DNA of 64,000 nt from Nemertoderma westbladi (GCA_032718475.1 JAUCBJ010000533.1:115057-179056); one strand, 5' to 3'; shown: positions 1 through 12,269, counted from the stretch's first letter. The notes: generated by a model from the sequence alone, not told the origin. Numbers and translations are program-made.

Positions 1-771
1 ATCCTTGATGAAATCTATCCAAACTTGGTACACATGTTGTTTGGCAAAAGTTTGAAAATTTTCCAAGTAGAATTTACGTGGGGCCTTCGTGCAGCATCAG
101 TGTAACTGTTATTGCAGTTATAATAAATTTATTTATCCAAATTTAAAATGCGTTAAATTATTATTACTGTAGGATAAATCAGCTGGGTTTCTGACAAATT
201 TTGCAATACATTGGGGCTGTCTGCATGTACCATGTGTACCGGTACTGTCAGGCTGTACTCAATCCCTGAATCGAGAATCCTGCAATCAGTCAATACTGCA
301 ATACTGGTCAGCCGGTACCATACACTGCAGACATGCCATATCATGTAATCTAATTAAACATGGCCCTGGCAACCCTTGCGGTGATTATAGTTTAGGCCTA
401 CTAGCCCAGTACCGGCACCGGTAATAATAATATAATAGTTTAGATAGTTACCGCTAATCATTCAGTCATTGGCACGGTACACCGTGTTGCTGTACTGCCG
501 TTGTAGTGCGCACCGTAGGTACCACCCTACTACCGGTACCGGCTGACCGGTGGCAACTAGCACTTCAGCACACTTGCACAGCACTGCAGCAACAGCACTA
601 CCGGCGATACACAGGTTGGAATTTATGTAGAGTTTGCTCAACAGTACAGATATAAAATAGTTACCGGTATCTAAATTATATATATTACTAAATATTGACA
701 ATTATTGAAATATATACCGTTATTCGTGTTATCAGTATTTGCAACATCTGACATTGAAGAGGTGAGAGAAG

Positions 772-1110
772 ATGAATACCGGCACTCAACAAAACCAACG
801 CTTATCACAGGTCGGTATGGTTACCTCGAAACCGGCGCGACTGTCCACTCGAATAGAACTTCAAAACACAAACGCCAACAATAAACTGAAAGCGAATCGA
901 ACGTCTTCAGAAGAATCTGTCATTGGGACGAAGAAAAGGAAGCCGAAACCACGGGAATGGACCACAGCTAAGATTGAATGCTCCCATTGTCAGAGTTCCT
1001 GGACCGAAATTGAAACACCAATTGCCGATGGGCTTGATCTCTCAAACCAAAACTTCCTCTGCGGGGTTTGCGTGGCAGTAAAGATTGAAAGTCTGGAAGC
1101 TGGCATCCCT
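772..1110 (+). pseudogene. Possible zinc-finger fragment resembling a LINE ORF1/PHD-type N-terminus
   Basis: ORF has CSHC...W...FLCGVC cysteine pairs followed by a short helical stretch; composition changes abruptly near 1110. Family assignment is inference only. Confidence 0.3.
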
Positions 1111-1736
1111 AGGTATTATTATTATAAAGAGCGTCAGCCTGCGTTTAATAAATATATTTTAATACAAAACAGGTCGAACGCAAAGAGGCTTATAATGAAG
1201 ACGAGTACTGCATTGATTATATTCCTATAAACCACCTGGCTTTGCATATTGAACGTGCGTTTGGAAATAAGTTCGTGCTACCCTTCCGTGGGTGGTAGAT
1301 GTCGCGGTTATGTATTGGTGGGGGGGGGGGGGGGGGGGGGGGTGCAGATTAAAAGGGGTGAACACGTACTGTCCCCCTTTCTTTGATTAATTGGTGGTGT
1401 GGGTTAATCTCTCATAACCTGATTTTGTGATACAGTCGCGCGAAGGCCCCACGAACGTGTTCGGTACATGTCTACTATGATGGGATAGATGAGCTTTAAA
1501 CTAGCCGGATTATTACTGGCACGTATATCTAAGACCTATGTATATAAAGATCTCGGCGTGTACTTGTCCCTTATCCTTAACCAGCTTATAAATTTAATTT
1601 GGTCCCACCATAACGTAGTGGTTTGGTTTGCCCTGAATGCATATCATACTTTGCGTAGTGTGCACATTATCTGGCAAAACGACCGAAGAAACCATTTTTA
1701 GTTGGGTAGTGTATAAAACAAAGACCGCAGACCAAA

Positions 1737-4200
1737 TATTTTACACTTTACTATCAGCACACTATAAAACCTACAGTATGTTACACTTTACTTTCAGCAC
1801 ACTATAAAACCTATGTTACACTTCACTTTCAGCACACTAAAAACCTATGATACACTTTACTTTCAGCACATTATAAAACTTATTTTACACACTTACTCTC
1901 AGCACATTATAAAATCTATTTTACACTTTACTTTCAGCACACTATAAAACCTATGTTACACTTCACTTTCAGCACACTAAAAACCTATGATACACTTTAC
2001 TTTCAGCACATTATAAAACTTATTTTACACACTTACTCTCAGCACATTATAAAATCTATTTTACACTTCACTTTTAGCACACTATAAAACCTATTTTACA
2101 CTTCACTTTCAGCACACTAAAAACCTATGAAACACTTTACTTTCAGCACATTATAAAACTTATTTTACAGACTTACTCTCAGCACACTATAAAACCTATT
2201 TTACACACTTACTCTCAGCACACTATAAAACCTATTTTACACTTCACTTTTAGCACACTATAAAACATATTTTACATTTCACTTTCAGCACACTAAAAAC
2301 CTATGTTACACTTTACTTTCAGCACACTATAAAACTTATTTTACACACTTACTCTCAGCACATTATAAAATCTATTTTACACTTCACTTTTAGCACACTA
2401 TAAAACCTATTTTACACTTCACTTTCAGCACACTAAAAACCTATTTTACACACTTACTCGCAGCACATTATAAAATCTATTTTACACTTCACTTGTACCA
2501 CCCTATAAAACCTATTTTACACTTCACTTTCAGCACACTAAAAACCTATGATACACTTTACTATCAGCACATTATAAAACTTATTTTACACACTTACTCT
2601 CAGCACATTATAAAATCTATTTCCACTTCACTTTTAGCACACTATAAAACCTATTTTACACTTCACTTTCAGCACACTAAAAACCTATGTTACACTTTAC
2701 TTTCAGCACACTATAAAACCTATTCTACACACTTACTCTCAACACACTATAAAACCTATTTTACACACTTACTCTCAGCACACTATAAAACCTATTTTAC
2801 ACTTCACTTTTAGCACACTATAAAACATATTTTACATTTCACTTTCAGCACACTAAAAACCTATGTTACACTTTACTTTCAGCACACTATAAAACTTATT
2901 TTACACACTTACTCTCAGCACATTATAAAATCTATTTTACACTTCACTTTTAGCACACTATAAAACCTATTTTACACTTCACTTTCAGCACACTAAAAAC
3001 CTATTTTACACACTTACTCGCAACACATTATAAAATCTATTATACACTTCACTTTTAGCACCCTATAAAACCTATTTTACACTTCACTTTCAGCACACTA
3101 AAAACCTATGTTACACTTTACTTTCAGCAAACTATAAACCTATTCTACACACTTACTCTCAACACACTATAAAATCTATTTTACACACTTACTCTCAGCA
3201 CATTATAAAATCTATTTTACACTTTACTTTCAGCACACTATAAAACCTATGTCACACTTCACTTTCAGCACACTATAAAACCTATTTTACCCTTCACCCT
3301 CAGCACATTATAAAATCTATTTTACACTTCACTTTCAGCACACTATAAAACCTATTTTACATTTCACTTTCAGCACACTAAAAACCTATGTTACACTTTA
3401 CTTTCAGCACACTATAAAACTTATTTCACACACTTACTCTCAGCACATTATAAGATCTATTTTACACTTCACTTTCAGTACACTAAAAACCTATTGTACA
3501 CTTTACTTTCAGCACACTATAAAACCTATTTTACACACTTACTCGCAGCACATTATAAAATCTATTTTACACTTCACTTTTAGCACACTATAAAACCTAT
3601 TTTACACTTCACTTTCAGCACACTAAAAACCTATGTTACACTTTACTTTCAGCACACTATAAATCTATTCTACACACTTACTCTCAACACACTATAAAAC
3701 CTATTTTACACACTTACTCTCAGCATATTATAAAACCTATGTCACACTTCACTTTCAGCACACTATAAAACCTATTTTACACTTCACTCTCAGCACATTA
3801 TAAAATCTATTTTACACTTCACTTTCAGCACACTATAAAACCTATTTTACACTTCACTTTCAGCACACTATAAAACCTATTTTACACTTCACTCTCAGCA
3901 CAATATAAAATCTATTTTACACTTCACTTTCAGCACACTATAAAACCTATTTTACACACTTACTCAGCACATTAAAAAACCTATTTTACACTTTACTTTC
4001 AGCACACTATAAAACCTATTCTACACTTCACTTTTAGCACACTATAAAACCTATTTTACACACTTAATCTCAGCACATTAAAAAACCTATTTTATACTTT
4101 ACTTTCAGCCCATTATAAACCTATTTCACACTTCACTTTCAGCACACAATAAAACCTATTTCACACTTCACTTTCAGCACACAATAAAACCTATGTTACA
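1737..4200. repeat. ~35-bp tandem satellite, about 70 copies
   Basis: Unit TTACACTTCACTTTCAGCACACTATAAAACCTATT with 34-36 bp variants; a rare variant (taaaacatat) recurs at 2261 and 2821, 560 bp apart. Confidence 0.97.
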
Positions 4201-4418
4201 CGACGTTGACGACTCTCTTCCCTTATCTCACCTAATTACCAAATCTTCTTCTGCACATTCTTATAGCACTCGTCTGGCCTCCTCTGGTCTATTTCACATA
4301 TAAATCGATGCAAGGCCCCCTTCTCTGGAACGCTTTATCTGAATCTATCCGTAACAGTCCTAGTCTTGAAATGTTTAAACGTCGGTTAAAATATCATTTA
4401 CTCCAGTGCAGTTATTAA
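4201..4418 (+). mobile_element. 3' fragment of a CR1/L2-group LINE ORF2
   Basis: Translates as HSYSTRLASSGLFHI / QGPLLWNALSESIRNSPSLEMFKRRLKYHLL*, the typical H.Y.TR...WN.L...FK C-terminus, also seen in the LINEs at 39606 and 61722. Confidence 0.8.
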
Positions 4419-4511
4419 TGCAACCAAGAATAAAATTATAACCCCAGGTTGCACCTCACCATCATTCTGTTTATTTTTCTCGCAGACACCTTTTGGCCAC
4501 CATTTTTTTTT

Positions 4512-4745
4512 CCAGATAGGGGGGGGGGGGCATTCGACGCAATAAAAATTCATCCCTCTCCAGGGGAAATTCGACGCAAATAACAGCTGATTACCATTAA
4601 AAAAAACTGTAACCTTTTCTATTGTCTTCAGTTTATTGTTTTGGTTAAAATAACGTGCCACTGTAACTTGCTTCTTTCCCTAAATTGAGAATTTAACATT
4701 GAGGCGGGATATTAATTCGCCGAGATGGGATTTGCGTCCAGTTCC
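4512..4745. repeat. Dispersed repeat, copy 1 (copy 2 at ~36993-37250)
   Basis: Shared cagatag-(G)n-...atccctctccaggggaaattcgacgcaaataacagctg...tttccctaaattgagaattt...gaggcgggatattaattcgc. Confidence 0.85.
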
Positions 4746-4942
4746 CCCCCCCCCCCCCCCCCCCCCCGCCGTCTCTTCTTTCCAATCACAGCCTCACATG
4801 ACCACCCGCAAAACTTAAACTAACTTGTCCTACTTCCTCCACTGCCAGAGGGCGCGCCGAGCTACACTAGCTGCGCTATAGTCTCGACCGCCCCCTACCA
4901 CCCAGCAGAGTGAAACTCTGCTTACAAGTTTATTATTATCTA

Positions 4943-7900
4943 CTAGAAAGCCAGTGGCCCTTCGGGCCACGGCTTTCTAGTTCACAAGCCTATTCACCAT
5001 TCCAAACATTAATTAATTAATTAACTTAACAAAACTTCATATGATTGAGAGTGTTCTCTCAAACAAAAGGACTGATGCTGTTTTACTTTTCAGATACCTA
5101 CACTGGTCAACGTCATTCACATTGATGCAGCCTTATGATGTAGTACAGTAGACCTCTGACAATTATCAGCGTAAAAGCATTTTTAATAAATAAATGTGAG
5201 AATGTTTTTACTTTTCAGATTCAGATTTTTCGCACCCTAGCAGTAGACTGGAAATCCGCAGACTGGTTAGCGTCCTCCCCATACAAACAGCCTATGGTCA
5301 TCATGCCTTTCCCAAGTATAAGCAAAAAAGCATTAGAAACAACGAAATGGGAGAAGAATTTCACTTGAGACATTTCACCCTCTAGCGGCAGACTGAGAAA
5401 TTGCAGATTGGTCAGAGTTTTCCACAAACACGCAGTCTATGGTGTAGTAGACCTCTGCCAAGTACCAGGCTATAAGAATTATAAACAACGAAATGGGATA
5501 AGTTTTCACTTTCAGATATTTCGCCCCTTAGTGGCCGAATGGAGAACTGCAGGTAGTTGGGAGTCCTCCACAGACACACACCATATGGTGTAATACACAT
5601 CTGCCCAGTGTCAGCCTAAAAGCATTATTAATAACGAAATGGGATAAGGTTTTCACTTTCAGACATTTGGCCCCCTAGTGGCAGACAGAGGAATTGCAGA
5701 TTGGTCAGAGTTCTCCACAAACACGCAGTCTATGGTGTAGTAGACCTCTGCCAAGTATCAGCCTAAAAGCATTATAAACAACGAAATTGGATAAGGATTT
5801 CACTTTCAGATATTTCGCCCCCTAGCGGCCGAATGGAGAACTGCAGGTAGTTGGGCGTCCTCCACAGACACACACCATATGGTGTAATACACATCTGCCC
5901 AGTGTCAGCCTAAAAGCATTATTAATAACGAAATGGGATAAGGTTTTCACTTTCAGACATTTGGCCCCCTAGTGGCAGACAGAGGAATTGCAGATTGGTC
6001 AGAGTTCTCCACAAACACGCAGTCTATGGTGTAGTAGACCTCTGACAAGTATCAGCCTAAAAACATTATAAACATCAAAATGGGATAAGGTTTTCACGTT
6101 CAGACATTTCGCCCCCTAGCGGCCGAATAGAGAACTGCAGGTTGTTCAGCGTCCTCTTCAGACACACAGCCTATGGTGTAATACACATCTGCCAAGTGTC
6201 AGCCAAAAAGCATTATTAATAACGAAATGGTATAAGGTTTTCACTTTCAGACATTTGGCCCCCTAGTGGCAGACAGAGGAATTGCAGATTGGTCAGAGTT
6301 CTCCACAAACACGCAGCCTATGGTGTAGTAGACCTCTGCCAAGTATCAGGCTATAAGAATTATAAACAACGAAATGGGATAAGGTTTTCACTTTCAGATA
6401 TTTCGCCCCTTAGTGGCCGAATGGAGAACTGCAGGTAGTTGGGCGTCCTCCACAGACACACACCATATGGTGTAATACACATCTGCCCAGTGTCAGCCTA
6501 AAAGCATTATTAATAACGAAATGGGATAAGGTTTTCACTTTCAGACATTTGGCCCCCTAGTGGCAGACAGAGGAATTGCAGATTGGTCTTAGTTCTCCAC
6601 AAACACGCAGTCTTTGATGTAGTAGACCTCTGACAAGTATCAGCCTAAAAACATTATAAACATAAAAATGTGATAAGGTTTTCACGTTCAGACATTTCGC
6701 CCCCTAGCGGCCGAATAGAGAACTGCAGGTTGTTCGGCGTCCTCTTCAGACACACAGCCTATGGTGTAATACACATCTGCCAAGTGTCAGCCTAAAAGCA
6801 TTATTAATAACGAAATGGTATAAGGTTTTCACTTTCAGACATTTGGCCCCCTAGTGGCAGACAGAGGAATTGCAGATTGGTCAGAGTTCTCCACAAACAC
6901 GCAGCCTATGGTGTAGTAGACCTCTGCCAAGTACCAGGCTATAAGAATTATAAACAACGAAATGGGATAAGGTTTTCACTTTCAGATATTTCGCCCCTTA
7001 GTGGCCGAATGGAGAACTGCAGGTAGTTGGGCGTCCTCCACAGACACACTCCATATGGTGTAATACACATCTGCCCAGTGTCAGCCTAAAAGCATTATTA
7101 ATAACGAAATGGGATAAGGTTTTCACTTTCAGACATTTGGCCCCCTAGTGGCAGACAGAGGAATTGCAGATTAGTCAGAGTTCTCCACAAACACGCAGTC
7201 TATGGTGTAGTAGACCTCTGCCAAGTATCAGCCTAAAAGCATTATAAACAACGAAATTGGATAAGGATTTCACTTTCAGATATTTCGCCCCCTAGCGGCC
7301 GAATGGAGAACTGCAGGTAGTTGGGCATCCTCCACGGACACACCATATGGTGTAATACACATCTGCCAAGTGTCAGCCTAAAAGCATTATTAATAACGAA
7401 ATGGGATAAGGTTTTCACTTTCAGACATTTGGCCCCCTAGCGGTAGACTGGAGAAATGCAGACTGATTCTAGCTCCTCCCCAAACACGCTGTATTGTGTA
7501 GTAGACCTCTGCCAAGTATCAGCAAAAAAGCATTATAAACAAAGAAATGGGATAAGGTTTTCACTTTCAGATATTTCTCCCCCTAGCGGCAGACTGGGGA
7601 ATTGCAGATTGGTCAGCATCCTCCCCAAACACACAGCCTATGGTGTAGAAGACCTCTGCCATGTATCAGCTAAAAGGCTTTATAATAACGAAATGGGAGA
7701 TGTTTTCAGTTTCGGATATTTCGCCCCCTAGCGGCAGACTGGAGAACTGCAGATTGATCAGTGTCCTCCCAAACACACAGTCTATGGTCGGGAACAGATC
7801 TGCAAAGTATCATTTAGAACAGATTAAGTCTGGTATCAAAAAGTAGCATAATAGTCGATACCCAACGTGTCGAGTGACAGAATGAACTGCTAGGCCTACC

Positions 7901-8069
7901 GCGCTACGGGTACCGAATTCACGAAATTCGCATTCACGCAAACAAACGCGTAAAATAAGACTCGAGATAGCGACAGTGCACGTGCTCGTGACGAGAGCTT
8001 TCGTTCGATGTATCGCGAGCTCCGATTGGTGCTTGTGTGTAGAAACGTATAGCTTGGACAGACAAACAA

Positions 8070-8112
<43 letters not shown>

Positions 8113-8133
8113 CATGATATTTATATATATAGA
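4943..8133 (-). mobile_element. Non-autonomous Helitron carrying an internal satellite
   Basis: Minus strand starts A|TCTATATATATAAA followed by a (TGTC)n microsatellite (8058-8112) and ends with GC hairpin GTGGCCC-GAA-GGGCCAC then CTTTCTAG|T. This is the TC...CTAG terminus pattern inserted between A and T with no TSD. Confidence 0.85.
5190..7810. repeat. 147-bp satellite, ~18 units, alternating A/B monomers
   Basis: Marker aaat(g/t)ggata at 5491, 5637, 5784, 5931, 6078 etc. A-type (gccgaatggagaactgcagg) and B-type (gcagacagaggaattgcaga) alternate; edge units are degenerate. Confidence 0.95.
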
Positions 8134-8476
8134 TACTATTGAGGAAAAAAAATCAAAAAATCACACTATAAAACACACTATTTTTCGTTTTACTCTTTAT
8201 TACAAGTGAAGTAAGTAACGATTAACACATTTAAAAATTCTTGGCTATTATTCCCAGTCTGATTTGTTAATTTAAAAATAATAATCTTCGTCATAAAATA
8301 TTAAATTTTCCATTAAGATTACAATAATAATATATTCCAAGTTATAATCAATCATATAAGATTAAATTCTCATCTCTATTATACGCCTCGCTTCGCTCGA
8401 ATTTTAATTCGAAATCAGGAACTATGATCAGATAGTTCACGCAGTTTATTTATATTGACATTTGACACATTCCAGT

Positions 8477-10219
8477 TCAAATATCATTTAACGCCTCAAA
8501 ATAAGACCCAACGAAATCGTAAAACATTGTTGGCTCGCCACTTAAGCAGTTGGAATTAACATGTTTAACAAACTTAGTCGTTCCCTTTTCCCTATAAACT
8601 AAAGCCAAGTTGTTCCCTACCGGTTCCACAGTTAGTAGTTCCTCATTGTCCGCGACGTAGTTAGTTGCACCGCCGCATATAGCGTCCCAAACACCGTCTA
8701 CAAAGTAAAGAGCGATATCCAGAGAATCTCGGGAGAATTCGTGTGAATCTTCGTGAACTAGAGTGTAATCCCCGTGTGAGAACCGACGCAATGAGACACC
8801 GCACGCTGGGGTACCATTGGTGGATTCAGTACCTGTGTTACTATTGGATGACCCACACACTGTGTTCCTATTGACAGATTGAACTCCCGCATTCCTAATG
8901 GCTGACCCAGATACAGTGCTCCCATTGGTTGATTCAATTCCCGTGTTCGTATTGATTGGCAGCTCTTCACTATCAGAGGACTGAATATCCCCCACATCAC
9001 TCTCACTACCTTCACTAGTAGCCGCTAACTCGTGAAGCTTCAATCCGGTGCAGTTTGAGAGAAAAACAAAGAATTGTTCGCTTCGAAACAGCCGCAGACA
9101 TTTGCTAATCGCCATCGACTCACGTAAAGAGGATTCTAGGGCACGATGGTAATGGAATCTATTGGGAACAGCTAATGATTCCCAGGAAATGGAGCTTAAT
9201 TCCTCCAAAAGAGACGCGTAAACTCTGGGAAGGAAGAAATCTGTTAACTTAATCTGGCTTTCATCGCCAAACGTCTCTCGAATATCAGTCTGACAGGTGA
9301 GGTTTAAATATTTCGGATTAATAAACGAATTCAATTCAATTTCGTAGGAGATATGCCGAGTTAGGGGGAGCGGAGGCTGAATGTTGCGGTTATCCGTATA
9401 ATCTCCGTGATACCAACCCGACACGGAGAGTCGAGATCCCCTGGAATCAGAGAGGATCTCCGATACCTGATGGAAGGAAATCGGACTCACTTTAAATAAG
9501 ATTATTCGATTGCGTACAGGTGCGAGCCTTGCGACAATGTCGTCAGGTCTTCCTAAGGAGTCCACGGAGAATAGATCCAAAGTACCTCCGTTGTCTTCAG
9601 GTTTCCAGTCCGCGGATACCAGGTAGAAAGTAAACGCGATTCTTCGGTCGTCTAACATATCGTCGTGGCAGAGTAGGGTGTCTGTCCGTGAGTATCGAGA
9701 GCAGGATATGCTTATCGTGTCGTTCAGAACTATACCGCTCGCTTTGGCGACCCAATTCCTGAATCGCGAGTATAATTCCGTGCGAAACCGGTCTAAGGTC
9801 CGTCCTACAGGGCAACGACTTAAATCCTGCGATTGAGAAAATTGAAACAGGTCGTTGGATTTCTTATGAAACTCTAAGGATTTTACTTCCGTTTCGAGTT
9901 GTTCCAACACCGAGGCCTTGAGAAAATTGTCTACGATGACATACGGAAAGGGGTAACCATTGGAAAGAACTTTGAGAGTCCCAAAATTCCTAGTTTCGTG
10001 GGACTTTTCGCTTTCTGCTTTGGTCGCGAAGCGAAACAAGTTACTCCTTCCGTTGTTAAGGAGAGACTCATCACTACTCTCTGCGACAAACAGTTCGTCG
10101 TTTATAACGTTACTTCCGAAACCTTCTCGAAATTCCGGCTTAGATTTCTTTGGGTTCACGAATTCCGTATCAGGTGAACAATTGGTAATGCGCTTAACTG
10201 AATGGGAAGTAACATCCAT
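8477..10219 (-). CDS. OGFOD1: Prolyl 3-hydroxylase OGFOD1/Tpa1 (2OG-Fe(II) oxygenase), single coding exon, 580 aa
   Basis: KSNDLFQFSQSQDL, Fe-binding LLCHDD (HxD), RRIAFTFYLV, SFHQVSE, RLSVSGWYHG; C-terminal Ofd1-type domain with GDYTLVH and NNLALVYR...KFVKHVN. Confidence 0.93.
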   Translation of the reverse strand: MDVTSHSVKRITNCSPDTEFVNPKKSKPEFREGFGSNVINDELFVAESSDESLLNNGRSNLFRFATKAESEKSHETRNFGTLKVLSNGYPFPYVIVDNFLKASVLEQLETEVKSLEFHKKSNDLFQFSQSQDLSRCPVGRTLDRFRTELYSRFRNWVAKASGIVLNDTISISCSRYSRTDTLLCHDDMLDDRRIAFTFYLVSADWKPEDNGGTLDLFSVDSLGRPDDIVARLAPVRNRIILFKVSPISFHQVSEILSDSRGSRLSVSGWYHGDYTDNRNIQPPLPLTRHISYEIELNSFINPKYLNLTCQTDIRETFGDESQIKLTDFFLPRVYASLLEELSSISWESLAVPNRFHYHRALESSLRESMAISKCLRLFRSEQFFVFLSNCTGLKLHELAATSEGSESDVGDIQSSDSEELPINTNTGIESTNGSTVSGSAIRNAGVQSVNRNTVCGSSNSNTGTESTNGTPACGVSLRRFSHGDYTLVHEDSHEFSRDSLDIALYFVDGVWDAICGGATNYVADNEELLTVEPVGNNLALVYREKGTTKFVKHVNSNCLSGEPTMFYDFVGSYFEALNDI

Positions 10220-11688
10220 GTCTGACTATTGTTGAATACTGGCTAGTCAACTGGTCAATAAAATTAATAAAGTTTAATTTTCTACTGAACACAGGAACAT
10301 GATGGGGCAATCTGATTTTCCACTAAGTTAGGCCTAGTTTAGTGTTTAGGGCCTATTTTATAATTGTGAAATACATTGGGTGAGATCTTTCGTGCTGTAT
10401 TGCTGTATTATGCAATTTATAATTTTTACTATGAATGAATATCATTTTAAATTATTAGATACATGAAATATAGGCCTAGTTGAAAAAAAGTTGTCCCGGT
10501 AGTAGGCGGTAGTAGTAATTACAGAATTAAGTTGTAGGCCTAGTTGTGATTGTGACAGTGTCTTTAAACATTTCAATGTAATTGCAAGGCACCCACCCAC
10601 TGCTGCCTGCAGAAGCTCGAAACGTATTACGTATTATATAAGAACGCGTCAGCCCGTAATTAACAAGCAGAACTGGGATTGGCGCAAGTTTGTAGTGCTG
10701 CTTCAGTGCTTCCCAGTGGCTAGTTAATGTAGACTCATCATTCTTCGTTACACTGCCCTTTCCTTCCATATTTGGAACTCCACTCTTATTGTCTTTTCCC
10801 GGCATGGCCCCTTGAGAAAGTCTTCCTTTGTCTGGCGAGACCTACCGTTCAGCTGACTGCATTCAACCGTCTAGTCCATTGTATTGGATGCGTCTACTGC
10901 TGTACAAACGAATAACTACAGTATAACATAATAGTGAGAAATAACTTAATAACTACGACGGTGTAACTGGTCTACCGTAATAAAGAATGAAACAAAAATA
11001 AAAAAAAGAAACAAAAATAAAAATTCAGACTGAGGAAAGAGGTTGGAGGTCAAACTTAACTTAACTGTCTCTGTTTCAACTTGCATTCAAATTATATAAT
11101 TAGTAGAAAAAAAGCAGGGGTGGGGTTGGGTGGGGGGTTCATACTGTATCACTGAATTACGTCATTATTTCTAGAATATAAATATGTTATGTTTTGTTTA
11201 TGTTATGTTATTATTTAATGTTTAGTATATGGTGAACTAGAGGCGTACTAGCGTATGTTTATTGTATATGAGCGAGAGGCGTGCATATGCATCGATCAAC
11301 GTGGATTTATAGGCCAAGTACTCGGAAACAGGAACAACAATCTGACATCGCTTGTACTCCTAACATTACTCTACACAGTAGTGTACTGATATACACAGTA
11401 GTTAAGCAGCATTAAAAGCTTCAGCATGTAATAAATAAAATTAAATAGTTGGATATATAAATTCCTAACATAGATCTTTGAATGGATCGACAATCTTTGA
11501 TTATCCAAAAACGGATATCAAAATAGGATTCCGATTTTCTCGGTTGCATCGCATGCTACGCTACCTTTTCATAATGTTAATGGCGTCAAATATTACGCTG
11601 ATACGAATAACAGCAGATTTTTTAAATCAGTTATTATACGACATTTGTTTATACTTGATAAGGATAAAGACACATTTACTATACTCAC

Positions 11689-11863
11689 CCCCGAATAAAA
11701 CATTGTGAAGACTTGAAGAAATGTCTGAGAATGGAGGTAACGCGGTTGAGGCAGATCCGCATAGACGTATAATAGCTACGCGCACCAGACCCTTCCGTTC
11801 TACCAGAGCGTTCATGAAGTGCGTCGTACCAATATTGACTTGGACTATACGCCCCTTCTCATT
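11689..11863 (-). CDS. Hydantoinase/oxoprolinase-family gene, exon 2
   Basis: Acceptor tatttcag|, phase 0; encodes NEKGRIVQVNIGTTHFMNALVERKGLVRVAIIRLCGSASTALPPFSD...; donor G|gtgagt (phase 1). GTTHFxNA and RL...LPP are family motifs. Confidence 0.85.
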
Positions 11864-12107
11864 CTGAAATAATCACAAACATATAATTATGAATTCCGTA
11901 TACTAATATACTATAATTAGCCCTACAAGTTTGATGGCGTTGGCCTACATAATATATTGTTAACTAACCACATGGCTCGAAACGTTTCGGGGCCACTGAA
12001 ATTTTACCTGAAACTACAGAAATACAGTCAGATAAATTTAAGCTAATAAATATAACTGTATTAATTTTAAAATAATATAACACATTATTTTAAATTAAAT
12101 TATATAC

Positions 12108-12269
12108 CCGACTTCTGGCATCCACTGCAGCACCGTGCAACGCTCGCATAGCTCCCATGGTAACATCGGTTGAAGTAGTCGACTTAGAACAACCAATCAC
12201 ATTGGAACCCCTCATCAATACACAATCCGTATTGGTACCACCTACGTCAATTCCAACGACCACAGCCAT
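12108..12269 (-). CDS. Hydantoinase/oxoprolinase-family gene, exon 1
   Basis: ATG at 12269; MAVVVGIDVGGTNTDCVL...KSTTSTDVTMG (Hydant_A_N-type GIDVGGTNTD motif); 54 codons ending at a gt donor, in phase with exon 2 across a 244-bp intron. Confidence 0.88.

Noticed and set aside
2493-8209. Short ORFs within the satellites and the (GACA)n tract
   Set aside because: Repeat-derived, low complexity.
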